Source: Callorhinchus milii (taxonomy: Eukaryota). From it: a stretch of DNA of 64,000 nt. The stretch spans positions 67,272,001 through 67,336,000 of the forward strand of contig NW_024704742.1 in the NCBI RefSeq assembly GCF_018977255.1, in the 5' to 3' direction. Shown one piece after another: positions 13,705 to 25,569 of this stretch. The position numbers were made by a program, and so were the translations under genes. Below the pieces are notes generated by a model that was not told the origin of the DNA, made no database searches, and worked only from the letters and a program-made list of their open reading frames with translations. Every line of letters begins with the position of its first letter. Position 1 is the stretch's first letter.

Positions 13705-14105
13705 GTTAGCCTGCCTCAGTTGATCGCACACCTGTCTTTGAGTCAGAAGGTTGTGGGTTCAAGCCCCAAATCAGGACTTTGAGCTCACATAGACTAAAGG
13801 CTGACACTACAGCTTAGTGCTGGGGGTGCGTTGCATTCCTGGAAGTACTTCCTTCGGATGAGATGTTAAACCAAGGTCTTGTCTGCCTGTTCAGGTGGAT
13901 GTTAAAGATCCCATGGCACTATTCGAAAAGAGAAGGGAGTTTTTCCTGGTGTGCTGGCCGACAATTCCCCAGATAAAACTGGTCATTCACTTCATGGCTT
14001 TTTGTGAGACATTTCCTACAAAATACACAGTCACTACACGTTTCAGTAAATCCTGTGAGGCACTTTACCAAATGTGCTTTATCAAATGTAAGGATTATTA
14101 TTATT
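13705..14105 (+). mobile_element. DeuSINE (type B)
   Basis: Head, Deu core and tail. Confidence 0.87.
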
Positions 14106-14765
14106 TTTGTATGTGTTTTTCCAGTGATCTTTTTGCATGAATACCAATTCAACTTGTATAATTATTTTTTCTCCTCTTTCTTTAGGTCCTTCATAACCCA
14201 CTGATGAATGTAAGCAGCACATCTGCTGTGGGGGTCCACACTGCTGGTGACAGACCAGCCAGGCTGGCTTGTGGGCAGGACCTTTGGAGGAAGACTGTAA
14301 GAAGGTATGATCTAAGGTTTTCAGGCCCTGAATAAACCAGTTTATAACCCTTGCAATCCAAAGCCCTGAGGGGTACAGTTTTCTTGGCTTGGACAAGCAG
14401 TGAGAAGCTGGCCAGACAGTGGTCTCCTCAAGCACTGACCGCAATGACCTGCGCTGATGCTCACTCCAACTGAAGGAGCCAATAAGAACCCTCTGTGTCT
14501 TGTTCTAACCCCAAATAGCATTCAAAAACAATTCAAATCTTACATTCCAGGTTTTCCACTTTTCCTCGTCTCTGCACCATCACATATTTATCACATTATG
14601 TCGGGCTATTTATTAGTCTGGCTTTAAAAATGACTGATAGACACACAACATCCAGAGCTTTCACTGGTAGCCAGATGGAACCTTCTGATTCTTGTTTTTT
14701 ATACGTCTTTATAAGACTTTTAAAAAACAAAAGTTTTAATTCTTTTCTTTATTCAGTATTTATGG

Positions 14766-15240
14766 GTGTCAGTCTGGCTCAGTCAATCTCACTCTCATCT
14801 CTGAGTTGAGTCAGACGCGAGTGAGATAAACCCCTTGACTCAAAAGGTTGTGTGTTCCAGCCCAACATCAGGATTTTGAACTCACATAGTCTAAAGGCTG
14901 ACACTCTAGTGCAGTGCTGGGTTTCTGTTGCATTCCTGGAGATGATGTCCTTTTGATAAGATGTCAAATCAATGTTTCGTCGGCCTGTTCAGGTGGACAT
15001 TAAAGATCCCATGGCCCGATTCAAAAAGAGAAAGAAGTTTCTCCTAGTGCCCTAAGCCAACAATCTCACAGATAAAATTGGTAACTCGCTTCATGGCTGT
15101 TTGTGTGACATTGCTGTGCGCAAATTGACTTGCCTACCAATACAGTCATGGATTGTACTTTGTAGTAAAATCCTATGAACTGCTTTGAGATGTCTTTACA
15201 ATATGATAAGGTGATCTACCAAAATGAAAGTATTATTATT
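14766..15240 (+). mobile_element. DeuSINE (type B)
   Basis: Head, Deu core and tail. Shares private variants with 13705-14105. Confidence 0.87.
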
Positions 15241-16438
15241 ACCGTCTCCACTTTGGTGCCTCCAACAGTTTCTTAATCTTCGCGGGCCTGCCCTTGCCTG
15301 GTTTGATTCCTATCTCTCTCACTGTCTCCACTTTGTTGCCTCCAACGGTTTCTCCTCCAGCCCCCGCACTGTCACGTCTGGCATCCCCTAGTGCGCTGTC
15401 CTTGGCCATCTCCTCTTTAATATCTACATGCTCCCCCTTGGTGACATCATCCGCAGACAAGCGGCCAACTTCCATATGTATGCGGGTGACACCCAACTCT
15501 ATCTTTCTGCCTCCACCCTCAACTCCAGGACCACTGCTGTCCTGACAGACTGCCTGTCGGACATCAAGTCCTGGATGAGGGCAAATTTCCTACAGTTGAA
15601 TGTGAACAAGACTGAGGCCCTCCTGATTGGCTCACACCAGCGCCTCAACACCTCAGGCTCTGGCAACATCAACCTCCATGGTTGTACACTACAACTCACC
15701 AAACCAGTCAGGAACCCAGGTATTTTGTACGACCCTCAATTCTCTTTTCTTCCCCACATTCAAGCCATGACCCACTCTGCCTTCCCTCACCTCTGTAGCA
15801 TCACCTGATTCTGCCACTACCTCACCCCTCAGGCCGCTGAAACTCTTGTTCATGCCTTCATCACCTCCAGGATCGACTATGCAAATGCTCTGCTTGTCGA
15901 CCTTCCCAACTCCTCCCTCCACAGGCTGCAGATAATCCAGAACTCTGCAGCCCGTGTCCTCTCCCGCACCAAACTCCGTGACCCCATCTCCCCCATTCTC
16001 GCCCGACTCCATTGGCTCCCTATCCTTCAGAGGGTCAAGTTCAAGATCCTGTTCCTCACCTACAAAGCCCTCCATGGACTCGCCCCTCCCGACCTCTGCG
16101 ACCTCCTAACCCCCTACCAACCCGCCCGCTCCCTCCACTCAGCCGGCTCTGGCCTGCTCCATGTCCCCCAACCCACCCGCCCCACCATTGGCAGGAGAGC
16201 CTTCAGCCACTCTGCCCCCAACCTCTAGAATTCCAACCCCCAATCACTCCGCCTCACCCCCTCCTCAGCCTCCTTCAAGTCCCGCCTCAAGACGCTCCTC
16301 TTCGACCATGCCATCGGCCACCCTCCTTCGCCTCCCCTTCCTTCTCCCCCCCTGACCCCAGCTCGGGTCTGAAATGCTGTACACTGTCCAGTGCTTGGGA
16401 TGTCCTCCCGACGTGAAAGGCGCTATACAAATGTAATC

Positions 16439-16470
<32 letters not shown>
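15240..16470 (+). mobile_element. L2 LINE 3' portion (RT C-terminal region plus tail)
   Basis: [41 protein letters not shown]-type region and (TTG)n tail. Very similar to 10386-10978 over the shared part. Confidence 0.93.
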
Positions 16471-16471
<1 letters not shown>

Positions 16472-16833
16472 TGTTTGACTCTGCTGTTGTCTCCCTGTGT
16501 CTATTTCTCCCCTTCCCTCTTCAGTATTTTCTCCAAGGCAAATTTTACTCCATCAATCCACTTAAATTCTCTTCAAACAGGCCAGCGACCTAATTTCCAG
16601 AGGTAGGAGCACCAATCTGTTCTGTTTCCAGTTCTCTCATACCTTGCTGTAGGTGAGATGTCAGAGAGTAAACAACACAAAGGTGTTTTAAATATCTGCT
16701 GATCTTTGTTCTTTTAGGTTTTTAAAGAAAGTAGTAGATACAGCAATACAATTATTAAATTGCCACTGTTGCCTTCTGAAATTACTGGCAGAAGCACGCA
16801 ATGACATTCCCTCCTATTCAGAGTGCCTCAGGG

Positions 16834-16949
16834 TGACTTTCCCTTTAATAAATAATAGCCTAGATTGACTTAACCTTCAATAAAGAATATCTTGGATTGA
16901 CTTTCCCTTTAATAAAGAATAGCATAGACTGACTTTCCCTTTAATAAAG
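16834..16949 (+). repeat. 32-bp minisatellite, about 3.6 copies
   Basis: Unit TGACTTTCCCTTTAATAAAGAATAGCATAGAY starting at 16834, 16866, 16898 and 16930. Confidence 0.9.
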
Positions 16950-17479
16950 GTTTATTTTGCCTCCAGCTGAGGGGTATGTTAAGTTGACTTGTCCTCCAAT
17001 TGAACTTAATCTAGGTTGACTTCAGAAGAGCTTGAAGTAGAATAGCGGGTTCCTGTGAACCACTCCGTCTCCGCGAGGCCCATTCAGAAATGTTACCAAG
17101 TGAAAGGGCAGAATATAAGTCAAGATGTTGTTGAGTTGGCTGAGATGTACCATTGATTAACTAGCAGGATTCCCTATTAGCAACTTGGGGTCGGTGTTAG
17201 TGAACCCCTTCGCTTGTTAGATCTCAGTCTCTCTCCATGATAAATAATAATAATAATCCTTGCATTTGATACAGCGCCTTATCACATCGTCCAGACGTCT
17301 CGAAGCGCTTCACAGAATAAACTGTAAAGTGAATTGGCTGTATATTTTGTGGTCGAAACGCGGCAGTCAATTGCGCCCGGCTCCATGTTAAATTGGCTCC
17401 ACGCTCTCTCTTAAATATTAATAAGCGAGGTGATAAGTTTCCGATGGGTGTTTGGGACAACTGGTTGGCCAAAGAGTCA

Positions 17480-17845
17480 TAGAGTACTGCAGCGTATTGG
17501 TTAGAGCACTCACCTTGCAAGCGAGAAAACCTGGGTTTGATTCCTGGGTGGGGCAAAACCTTACGCAAGTTCCCTCACTCCACATGCCTCTGTTTACCTA
17601 GCAATAAGTAGGAATCCAGTTGTGAGTCGATAGTCAGATTGCTTTTCCGGGGGTAATAATCCTTCCCCCCAAAAAATAATTTGGTCAATCAATTTGGACT
17701 GTGGGACACTGCTGTGCACAATTGGCTGCCACGTTTCTCCCACAAAATATACAGTCAATTCACAGTATATTCTGTGAAGTGCTTTGAGACACCTCAAAGG
17801 CGTGATGAGGCTCTATATCAAGTGCAAGGATTATTACTAATAATA
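17480..17845 (+). mobile_element. Long tRNA SINE (type A')
   Basis: tRNA head, then CCTCTGTTTACCTAGCA..GTAGGAATCC segment, Deu-like 3' body and tail. Confidence 0.87.
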
Positions 17846-19429
17846 TAAAGAGAAAATGACGAGATAACCTGATTTACCATTTACATGCTGGCATACAACA
17901 CAGGAATGATTTGCAGAAAATTACCAAGAAATTCTATACACTGCACGGTGCATTACAGCCCACTTTTGCTCTAAGTAACCCTCAACGGGGATTGGAGCCA
18001 AACTTCCCTTTATAGTTCTAAGAGGAGCCATATGGTAAAATGGTTTCCTTCCTACAAAATATACATTGGAGATTGTTTTCTTTTAAAATCATAGGAATTA
18101 TGAACTTAATCCACATTTGCTTTAAAATCATTTGAATTGTAATGACATTTTTCTACATAGGCGTGCCCCTTAAGACCGTTTAAAATCTTAATGCTATTTG
18201 GGATGGAGTGTGTTTGTGTATGTGTATAAGGAGGGGAGGGCGAGAGTCAAAGTACAATTAGCTAAATGATTCTGATGATTGCAAGATTTATTTTGGATGA
18301 ACTATTCCCTGGGGTGATGGAAGAGTTAATGATATGGCAGTGGATACGTCTCTTATAAAGTCGATCCGAGGTTGTGTGTGTGTGCACAGGGCTCAGAGGG
18401 AATGGGTTCAACGTGCAGTCGAGAGGAGCTATGCTGTGTGCCAGCAGCTCAGCTCCCCGTCCAGTTCCGTGCAGACCTTCCTTCCTATAAACGTTCCTTC
18501 TACTTGACTCAATTCCCTCCTGCACACAGCATTTATCAAACCAGTCGCTGAAGTCAATTATCCTGCTCATTCTTTCCACGCTCCTAGATTATACTGGTAA
18601 CCGTCCAGCTCCCACCACCTTTGGGCTCTGAGCCTTAATCCTGCCCGCTATCCCTGCATAGCCTTTCTTTAGCTCCTCAGACCTTCTGTTCATGATATCG
18701 TTCATTTCAAACCCATTTCCACCAACCCCCACCACACTTTTTCCTGGACCTAATCTCATCCATACATATTTTGTGCGTTTTGCCCAGAAAATACACAGTT
18801 AATTCACTTTACAATATATTCTGTGAAGTGTTTTGAGACATCTCAACGACATATCAATTGAAAAAATAAATTAAATTTTTTAAAAAAGTCTCAATGACGT
18901 AATAAGTAATAATATTTGAGACGTCGCAACGACATGATTAGGTGCTATATTAAATACAAGAATTATTATTATTTATCTCCCCGCTTCATGGCTGATAGTC
19001 TGGGGGCAGGAATCCTTCTCGCTGTTAACCCAGCAAGCCATAGCCCGGGCAGAGTTGGTCCAGGCTGGGCAAGCAGTGAAAAGTGAAGTTTGCGATGGAA
19101 AGCTGCGCAGTTTTAGTTGGTTGAACTCCAGCAGTTACCCCAACTCAGACTCCGTTGCTCATCTGCGCCTTGGCTCTTGTCAACCTACGCCTAATACCCT
19201 CGGGGGTGCGATGAGAGTGGGAGTGAACCAAGGCTGGATTTACTGCTGGATGGAAACGCTAATCACTGGACGATGGCCACAGTGAAAAACGATTCACTGA
19301 ACAAGCGAAATCATCGTGCAATGTTACAGCAGTTCTTCGTAATGTTTTTCTTTCCCAGGAAAATGAAAAACAAGTTTATTTCCCAGACTTTTAATGCCAG
19401 GTGATTAAAGGCACCTGTCTGGCTTCCCA

Positions 19430-19590
19430 GTGTGTGTTTCTGTCTGTGCGTGTATGTGTCTGTGTGTGTGTGTCGGTGTGTGTGTGTGTGTGTGCGTGTA
19501 TGTCTGTCAATGTGTGTCTGTGTCTGTGTGTGCGACTGTGTGCATATGTGTCTGTGTGCGTGTGTGTCTGCATGTATCTCTGTGTGTGTA
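19430..19590 (+). repeat. Imperfect (TG)n microsatellite
   Basis: Direct inspection. Confidence 0.95.
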
Positions 19591-21101
19591 AGCACTCTGA
19601 GATGTTACCCTGCATGAGGGGCGCTATATAAATGCAAGTTGTTGTTGTGATGTGTGTGTGTTTTATTGACATGGGCACTGATTACTCTATCACTCGCCCA
19701 GGTAGAGAGAGAGAAAGAAAGTGAACACCCAAATAACAAAGCGAACACAAAGAACGATCATTTGGGATCCATCCAGGAACAGAAAAAAAACCCAGACAGA
19801 AAAGCAGAAAACAATGCTGGCAAGTTGTCCATCAAGCTTTCTTTTTCTATTTGTCAGATTTCACTCTTTGGACAGCAGAAGGGCCTGCAATTGCCAGAAA
19901 ATCTAATAAAAATGTCTGTGAGGCGATCCTGCTTGGCCCTGCCAGCTCAGCTGCCTCTGGAGGCAAAGTCCTGCCGGGATTAAAAGGCTCATATTAGCCT
20001 TCAATGAAATCTTGATTTTATTTGACTGACTTTGATAATAATATCCCCCAAGTCAAGATTTTGAAAATAGAGGGTCGTTGCCCTATGTTAAAACCTCTCT
20101 CGCTTCCCCTTTCACCAGGAGACTCCGTCCCTTGTTGGGAATTTCAACAATGTTCACTTTATGTTACTCCTCCGCCTGCTTCCAATTGAGTGGGACTGGA
20201 GGAGGAGAGCTGCACTATACAACATGTACACTAACTTCAAAAGCTGGCTCTGCAAAGCGCTTTGATTTATCTATCGCCTTTCACCTCAGGATTCGAGATG
20301 CTAGGTAAATCTCAATGGTTGTTGTTACTTAGAGGTGCACAGCTTAATGATAATAATAATAATATTAATAATAATAATAATAATTCTTGATTTGATATAG
20401 TGCCTTATCATGTCATTGAGACGTCTCAAAGTGTTTCACAAAATATATTATGAAGAAGATTGACTGTGTATTTTGTGGATGAAACAAGGTGCATGTCACA
20501 CCCTCAAACCCCTAAAAAAACCAAGAGGCCCCCACATCCAGACGTATTGCCTGCCTGTTGCCATTTCCTGTAAGGGTTCCTTCATGGCACCAGCTGGTGT
20601 GGGGCAGGCAGCAGCTGTCTGTGGCTGGAGCCAGAGAGAGAAAGGTAAATTCAACCATGATGTGGTCATAGGTATTATTAGTGCTTTTAACTACCTAGGC
20701 AGTCCAATAGAGTGGTGCATTATGTAGGTCAACTCCTTACAGTCGTGTGGTAAGCCATGCCATTCTGTGAGGGTTTATCTGGGTCTATCTGACCTCCGCT
20801 ATTGAAGGATCCGAACACGGCTGAAGGCAGTTACAATAATAGAAGGCAATTCACATCACAATTCACCGTCCTTCGGATGAGACAATTAACTGAGGCCCCG
20901 TCTGCCTGTTCAGGTGGACATTAAAGATCCCATAGTGCCACTGAAAAGGACAAGGGAGATTCTGCCAGTGTCCTGGCCGACAATCCCCTAATTAAAGTTG
21001 GTCACTCACTTCATAAGTTGTTTGTGGGCCGTTGCTATGCGCAAATTGGCTGCTGCGTTTTGGAATTCCATCCCTCTTTGACTGCGCTTTTAGTCATCTT
21101 G

Positions 21102-21416
21102 TGGAGTCCTGTAGCTCAATGGTTAGAGCACTCGCTTTGCAAGCGAGAGACCTGAGTTCAATTCCAGGCAGAGGGCGAAACCTTGGGCAAGTTTCCTTAC
21201 TCCACACACCTAATAATAATCCCTCCAAAACCAAAAACAATAATAAATTGGTCATTTTCAATCTATGACTGTTTGTGGGACATTGCTGTGCGCAATTGGC
21301 TGCCGCGTTCGCCCACAAATATACAGTTAATTCACTTTACAGTGTGTTCTTTGAAGCGCTTGGGACGTCCTCCCGACGTGAAAAGCGCTATATCAAATGC
21401 AAGGATTATTATTATT
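21102..21416 (+). mobile_element. Short tRNA-Ala-derived SINE (type A), full length and young
   Basis: Head GGAGTCCTGTAGCTCAATGGTTAGAGCA, anticodon arm CTCGC-TTTGCAA-GCGAG (TGC) and B box GAGTTCAATTCC. Then Deu-like 3' body, L2-like tail and (TTA)n. TSD ATCTT at 21096-21100 / 21417-21421, inside an L2 3' end. Confidence 0.93.
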
Positions 21417-22201
21417 ATCTTTGCCCTCCCCACCCCAGCTCGGGTGCCCAGCCAGCACTATGAATGTGCTTTGGGACATCCTCCCAACGTGAAAGGCACT
21501 GTGTAAAGGTAAAGTGAATTTCATTGTATTGTGCAGAAGCTGGGACCCAGGCTCCTGAATTACTGACATCAAAAGGCATTTGACAAACAGCTTTAAATTG
21601 ACTTAAATGGGCATGAGGTGCAGAGTGCTTTGATTTACCCGGGATATAGCAAGCATTGCGACAATGCCATTTGAAACCTTGCATTAAGGAACATAATTTG
21701 ACTGAGGTTTATTTTACCTGACAGGAGTGGTATGATGCACAGGATCTGAGGGTTGAATATCAACAGGTACGTCTAACCGCACCCTGTAGCAACCAAAGGC
21801 TGTCTTGACAAACAGAGGGTAAACAGTCACTGTCCATAAGAACCCAGCTGTTGAGTGGTGAAACGATGGTGAATTCGCCTCCCCTAACCCCCCACCCCCA
21901 CTGGTTCCCTCCCCTCTCATTGTGTGAGGAGCTTTCATGGGATGTGCTGAGCCCAGTTTGAAAAGAAAGGTCCCAGATTAGGGCTCTTTCTTGTTCTGGC
22001 TCAATGACAGACTTGAAAGGTTTGGCTGCCTGCCCAACTGGCAGATGTTTGGGGAAGCATGCTGCCTATACTTCCTCTGTGTGACACTGAATGCCATCAT
22101 GGAATAGCAAGCGAAAATCCAGGCTCTGCTAATCTCGCCCACAAAATATGCAGTCAATCCACTTTACAGCATATTCTGTGAAGCGCTTTAAGACATCTCA
22201 A

Positions 22202-23578
22202 CCACGTGATAAGGCGCTATATCAAGTGCAAGGATTATTGTTATTATCTCAACAGGCTTTCCTTTGGCATTCCTCAACCCGCTGCAAGGAGAAGATGTCA
22301 AGTGCCGATTGATGGACGCTTGGGATTTAGTTTACAATTGAAATAAAATTGGTCACTCACTCCAAGGCTGTTTGTGGGACATTGAAACCAGTTCATTTTT
22401 AAGAGCTGCAGAAAATCAGCTTCCAAATTAAGACTGAAGTTAAGAATGTTCCATATTGCTGCATCATGTTACATTTTAAGGCAAATTGGTCTGACAAGCT
22501 AAGACCAGGAGCTCAGACCTTATATAATAATTTAATAATAATAATCCTTGCATCTGGTTTATTGCCTTTTATGTTAGGATTTACTGTAAAGTGACTGTAT
22601 GTTTTGAGGGTGAATGGGCCAGCCAGTTTGTGCACAGCAAGTCCCACAAACAGCCATGAAGTGAATGACTAGTTTTTTTATTTGGGTGGATTGCTGTCCA
22701 GGACACCAGGAGAAACTTCCTTCCCTTTTTGAATAGTGCAATGGGATCTTTAACATCCATCAAACCGACAGATGGGACTTTGGTTTAAGATCTTATCCAA
22801 AGGACAGCATCTCCGACAATGCAACGTCCCCCCAACACAACCTTTGACTCAGAGTCTACCAATGGAGCAAATCAGCCTGCTGTTGACAGCATATCAAATT
22901 GCAAGCAATATTATTATCAGGTGATATCAGATATACACACATTGAGCAAAATGCTCGCCTCAAGATGTATCTCTTTGACCATGCTTTTGGTCATCTTTCT
23001 CCTTTCCACCCCCTTCAATTCCCACCCAGCCCCCCCTCCCTTCCCCCGGTTCGGGTGCTCAGCCAGCTGATTTAAAGCACTTTGAGACGTCTCTTAACGC
23101 GAACGGTGCGGTTTAAATGTAAATTAAATAATGTAATATCAATAAATGGATAATTTTCCATAATTTTATTCCAACACAATAATTGGTGTCACTGAAGTCT
23201 GTGGGAGAGAGCCCAGGGCATCCGCTGACTGGAATTAGAGCCTAAACGCTTTCGAAGTCTAACATTACCTTATGCAGCCCGAGCCAGGGAGGATGCTGAC
23301 AATCAGCGGTTTGGCTGAAATTGCAGGGTGTGAGGGGAAGACACACAGACACAAGCTGAGAAGTGGCCACGTGATAAGGCGCTATATCAAATGCAAGGAT
23401 TATTATTATTATTATCTCAACAGGCTTTCCTTTGGCATTCCTCAACTCGCTGCAAGGAGAAGACGTCAAGTGCTGATTGATGGATGCTTGGGATTTAATT
23501 TACAATTGAAATAAAATTGGTCACTCACTCCATGGTTGTTTGTGGGACATTGAAACCAGTTCATTTTTAAGAGCTGCA
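22202..23578 (+). repeat. Local direct duplication of about 210 bp (22202-22410 and 23367-23578)
   Basis: About 9 substitutions and one TTA indel by manual alignment. Includes non-TE sequence. Confidence 0.93.
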
Positions 23579-23762
23579 CTTGTCCTCCAGAATAACTGGT
23601 CTTTCACACACACACACAAGGGAATTTGTGGGACCTTGCCTTGTCACTACACTCAATGGCATTTGCATGTGAAGCGCTTTGAGGAGTTTAGCCTATCAAC
23701 TCCCCTTCCTCTTTCAAGGCATATACACACACACACACACATACATACACACGCACAATATG

Positions 23763-24882
23763 AAAGAAAGCGGGGATCAGTGGAGGTATATTACAATGGA
23801 TGCGCAATTGGTTAACCGGAAGAACCCAGTGGGTGGTGGTAAGGGAATGTCATCAGACTGGGAAAATGTTACCAGTGGAGTTCCACGAGGGTCTGTTTTG
23901 GGATCTCTTTTGTTTAATATTTTTATAAATGATCTGGAACTAGGAGTTGCAAACACAGTGGCTAAGTTGGTAGATGACACCAAGCTAATGAACGTGGTAG
24001 GTTGTGAAGCTGTACAAGATAAGTTACAGGATGATTTCAACATACTTGGGAATTGGGCAGATTGGTGGCAGATGAAATTCAATGTGGAGAAATGTAACGT
24101 ACTTCACATGGGGACACAAAGTCCTGGAAGGGACTATTATTTAAACAGAAGGAACATAATATGTATGGAAAATGAAAAGGACCTGGGGGCCCTAATTGAC
24201 AATAAATTGAAGCTCTTCCAATGATGCTCTGTGGCAGTGAATAAAGCAAACCAGATGTTGGGATGTATCAATAGATCAATAGCAAGCTGAAATAGTGGGT
24301 AATCCTGCTACTGTATAAATCATTGGTGAGTCCATACCTAGAGCACTGTGTACAGTTCTGGTTGCTGCAGTATAAAAAGGATATTGGAGAAATCGAGAAG
24401 ATACAGACAAGGGTAACCAAAATGATCGAGGGAATGGGGGAACTGGACTATGAGGAGCGACTGAGTAAATTGGGCATGTTCATGCTGGAAAAGTGAAAAT
24501 TGAGAGGCCACATGATTGCTGTCTTTAAGATTCTAAAGGGGCAAGATGATATAGATCATGACAAGCTGTTTCAACTTGTCCGGAATAGTAAAACCAGAGG
24601 ACGTGGCCTGCGATTGAAGGAGGGTAAATTCAGAAGGAATCTACGCAAATATTATTTCAGTGAGCAAATAGTGAACCTATGGAACAGCTTCCCTAGGGAG
24701 ATGGTTGAAGCAGGAAGTGTTGATTCTTTCAAACACAGATTAGATAGTTTTCTTTTAGGAAATAACATTATGGGATATAGTGCATAGGTAGTTCGGAACA
24801 TATGTACATGCAATCGCCAGGAAGGTGGAAGGCGAACTAGATGGACCTTGGTCCTTTTTTGTCTAGCATTTCTTACGTTCTT
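23763..24882 (+). mobile_element. CR1-clade LINE 3' portion (RT remnant plus 3' UTR)
   Basis: VTSGVPRGSVLGSLLFNIFINDL, VDDTKL, WQMKFNVEKCNVLHMG, RGHMIAVFKILKG..NLWNSFP. Candidate TSD AATATG at 23757-23762 / 24883-24888 within a CA-rich tract. Confidence 0.93.
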
Positions 24883-24957
24883 AATATGCACACACACATA
24901 TGCACACACACACACAAACATGCACACACACGAATACACATGAACATGCACATACGA

Positions 24958-25180
24958 GCACACACATGCACTTTTCAGTAAAGGACACTCCATAGCAATC
25001 AGGAGCTGAAATTGATTGTTGTTCCCCTCCACCTCCCCTCCCTCGTTACATCAGAGCCCCGAGGTTAATTGCTCTGTTTGCCAACCCGGCTGAGATTAGA
25101 TAACTCCGCACTCGGACCCGAGACTCGTTCAAGCCTGTGTGGCACATTGTCTCTCAGGCACACTTACTCATTGAGTCATT
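24958..25180 (-). mobile_element. Ancient tRNA SINE fragment, AmnSINE2-like
   Basis: Motifs CACACATGCACTTTTCAG, ATAGCAATCAGGAGC and CCCGGCTGAGATTAGATAACTC resemble a recalled ancient vertebrate SINE. Not database-verified. Confidence 0.5.
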
Positions 25181-25569
25181 GGGAGCTTCTCAACACTCTG
25201 TAAATACCTGGAAGCCAACAAAAGAACGAAGGATACCAACCTGTCAGCTTCCCCCACTTGGTGGGCACCAGCCTGCTGTTACCCACCCTCCCCACTCCAC
25301 CAATGGCGGTCGGACCTTCAGCCTTTCTACCCCCATCCTCTGGAACTGAATCCAGGAATCCCTCCGTCTCACTCCCTCCATTGCCTCCTTCATGGCCCAT
25401 CTCAAGACTTTTCTCATTGACTGTGGCTTCGGTGACCCTCAAATCCCCTCCCCTCCACTCCTCTTGACTCCAATCTCCAGCTCAGCTGCAAACCCTTAAT
25501 TGTACAGCACCTTGGGACGTCCGTCTGATGTGAAAGACGTTATACAAGTGTAATTTTGGTGTTGTTTTA

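Noticed and set aside
14082..14444. 120-aa minus-strand ORF in partly unique DNA
   Set aside because: No recognisable motif, non-ATG start, and it ends inside a SINE tail.
16834..16949. CRISPR-like array
   Set aside because: Contiguous tandem units without unique spacers, no cas genes, eukaryotic context.
19311..19678. His/Thr-rich and Cys/Val-rich ORFs
   Set aside because: Translations of a (TG)n microsatellite.
21102..21175. tRNA-Ala(TGC) gene
   Set aside because: It lacks a proper acceptor stem and runs directly into the SINE body, so it is a SINE head.
21183..21506. Recurring ORFs such as MGKFPYSTHLIIIPPK.. and MGHCCAQLAAA.. that look like a gene family
   Set aside because: They are translations of SINE copies.
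22202..23578. LTR pair
   Set aside because: No TG start, PBS, PPT or TSD. The interior consists of SINE and L2 fragments.
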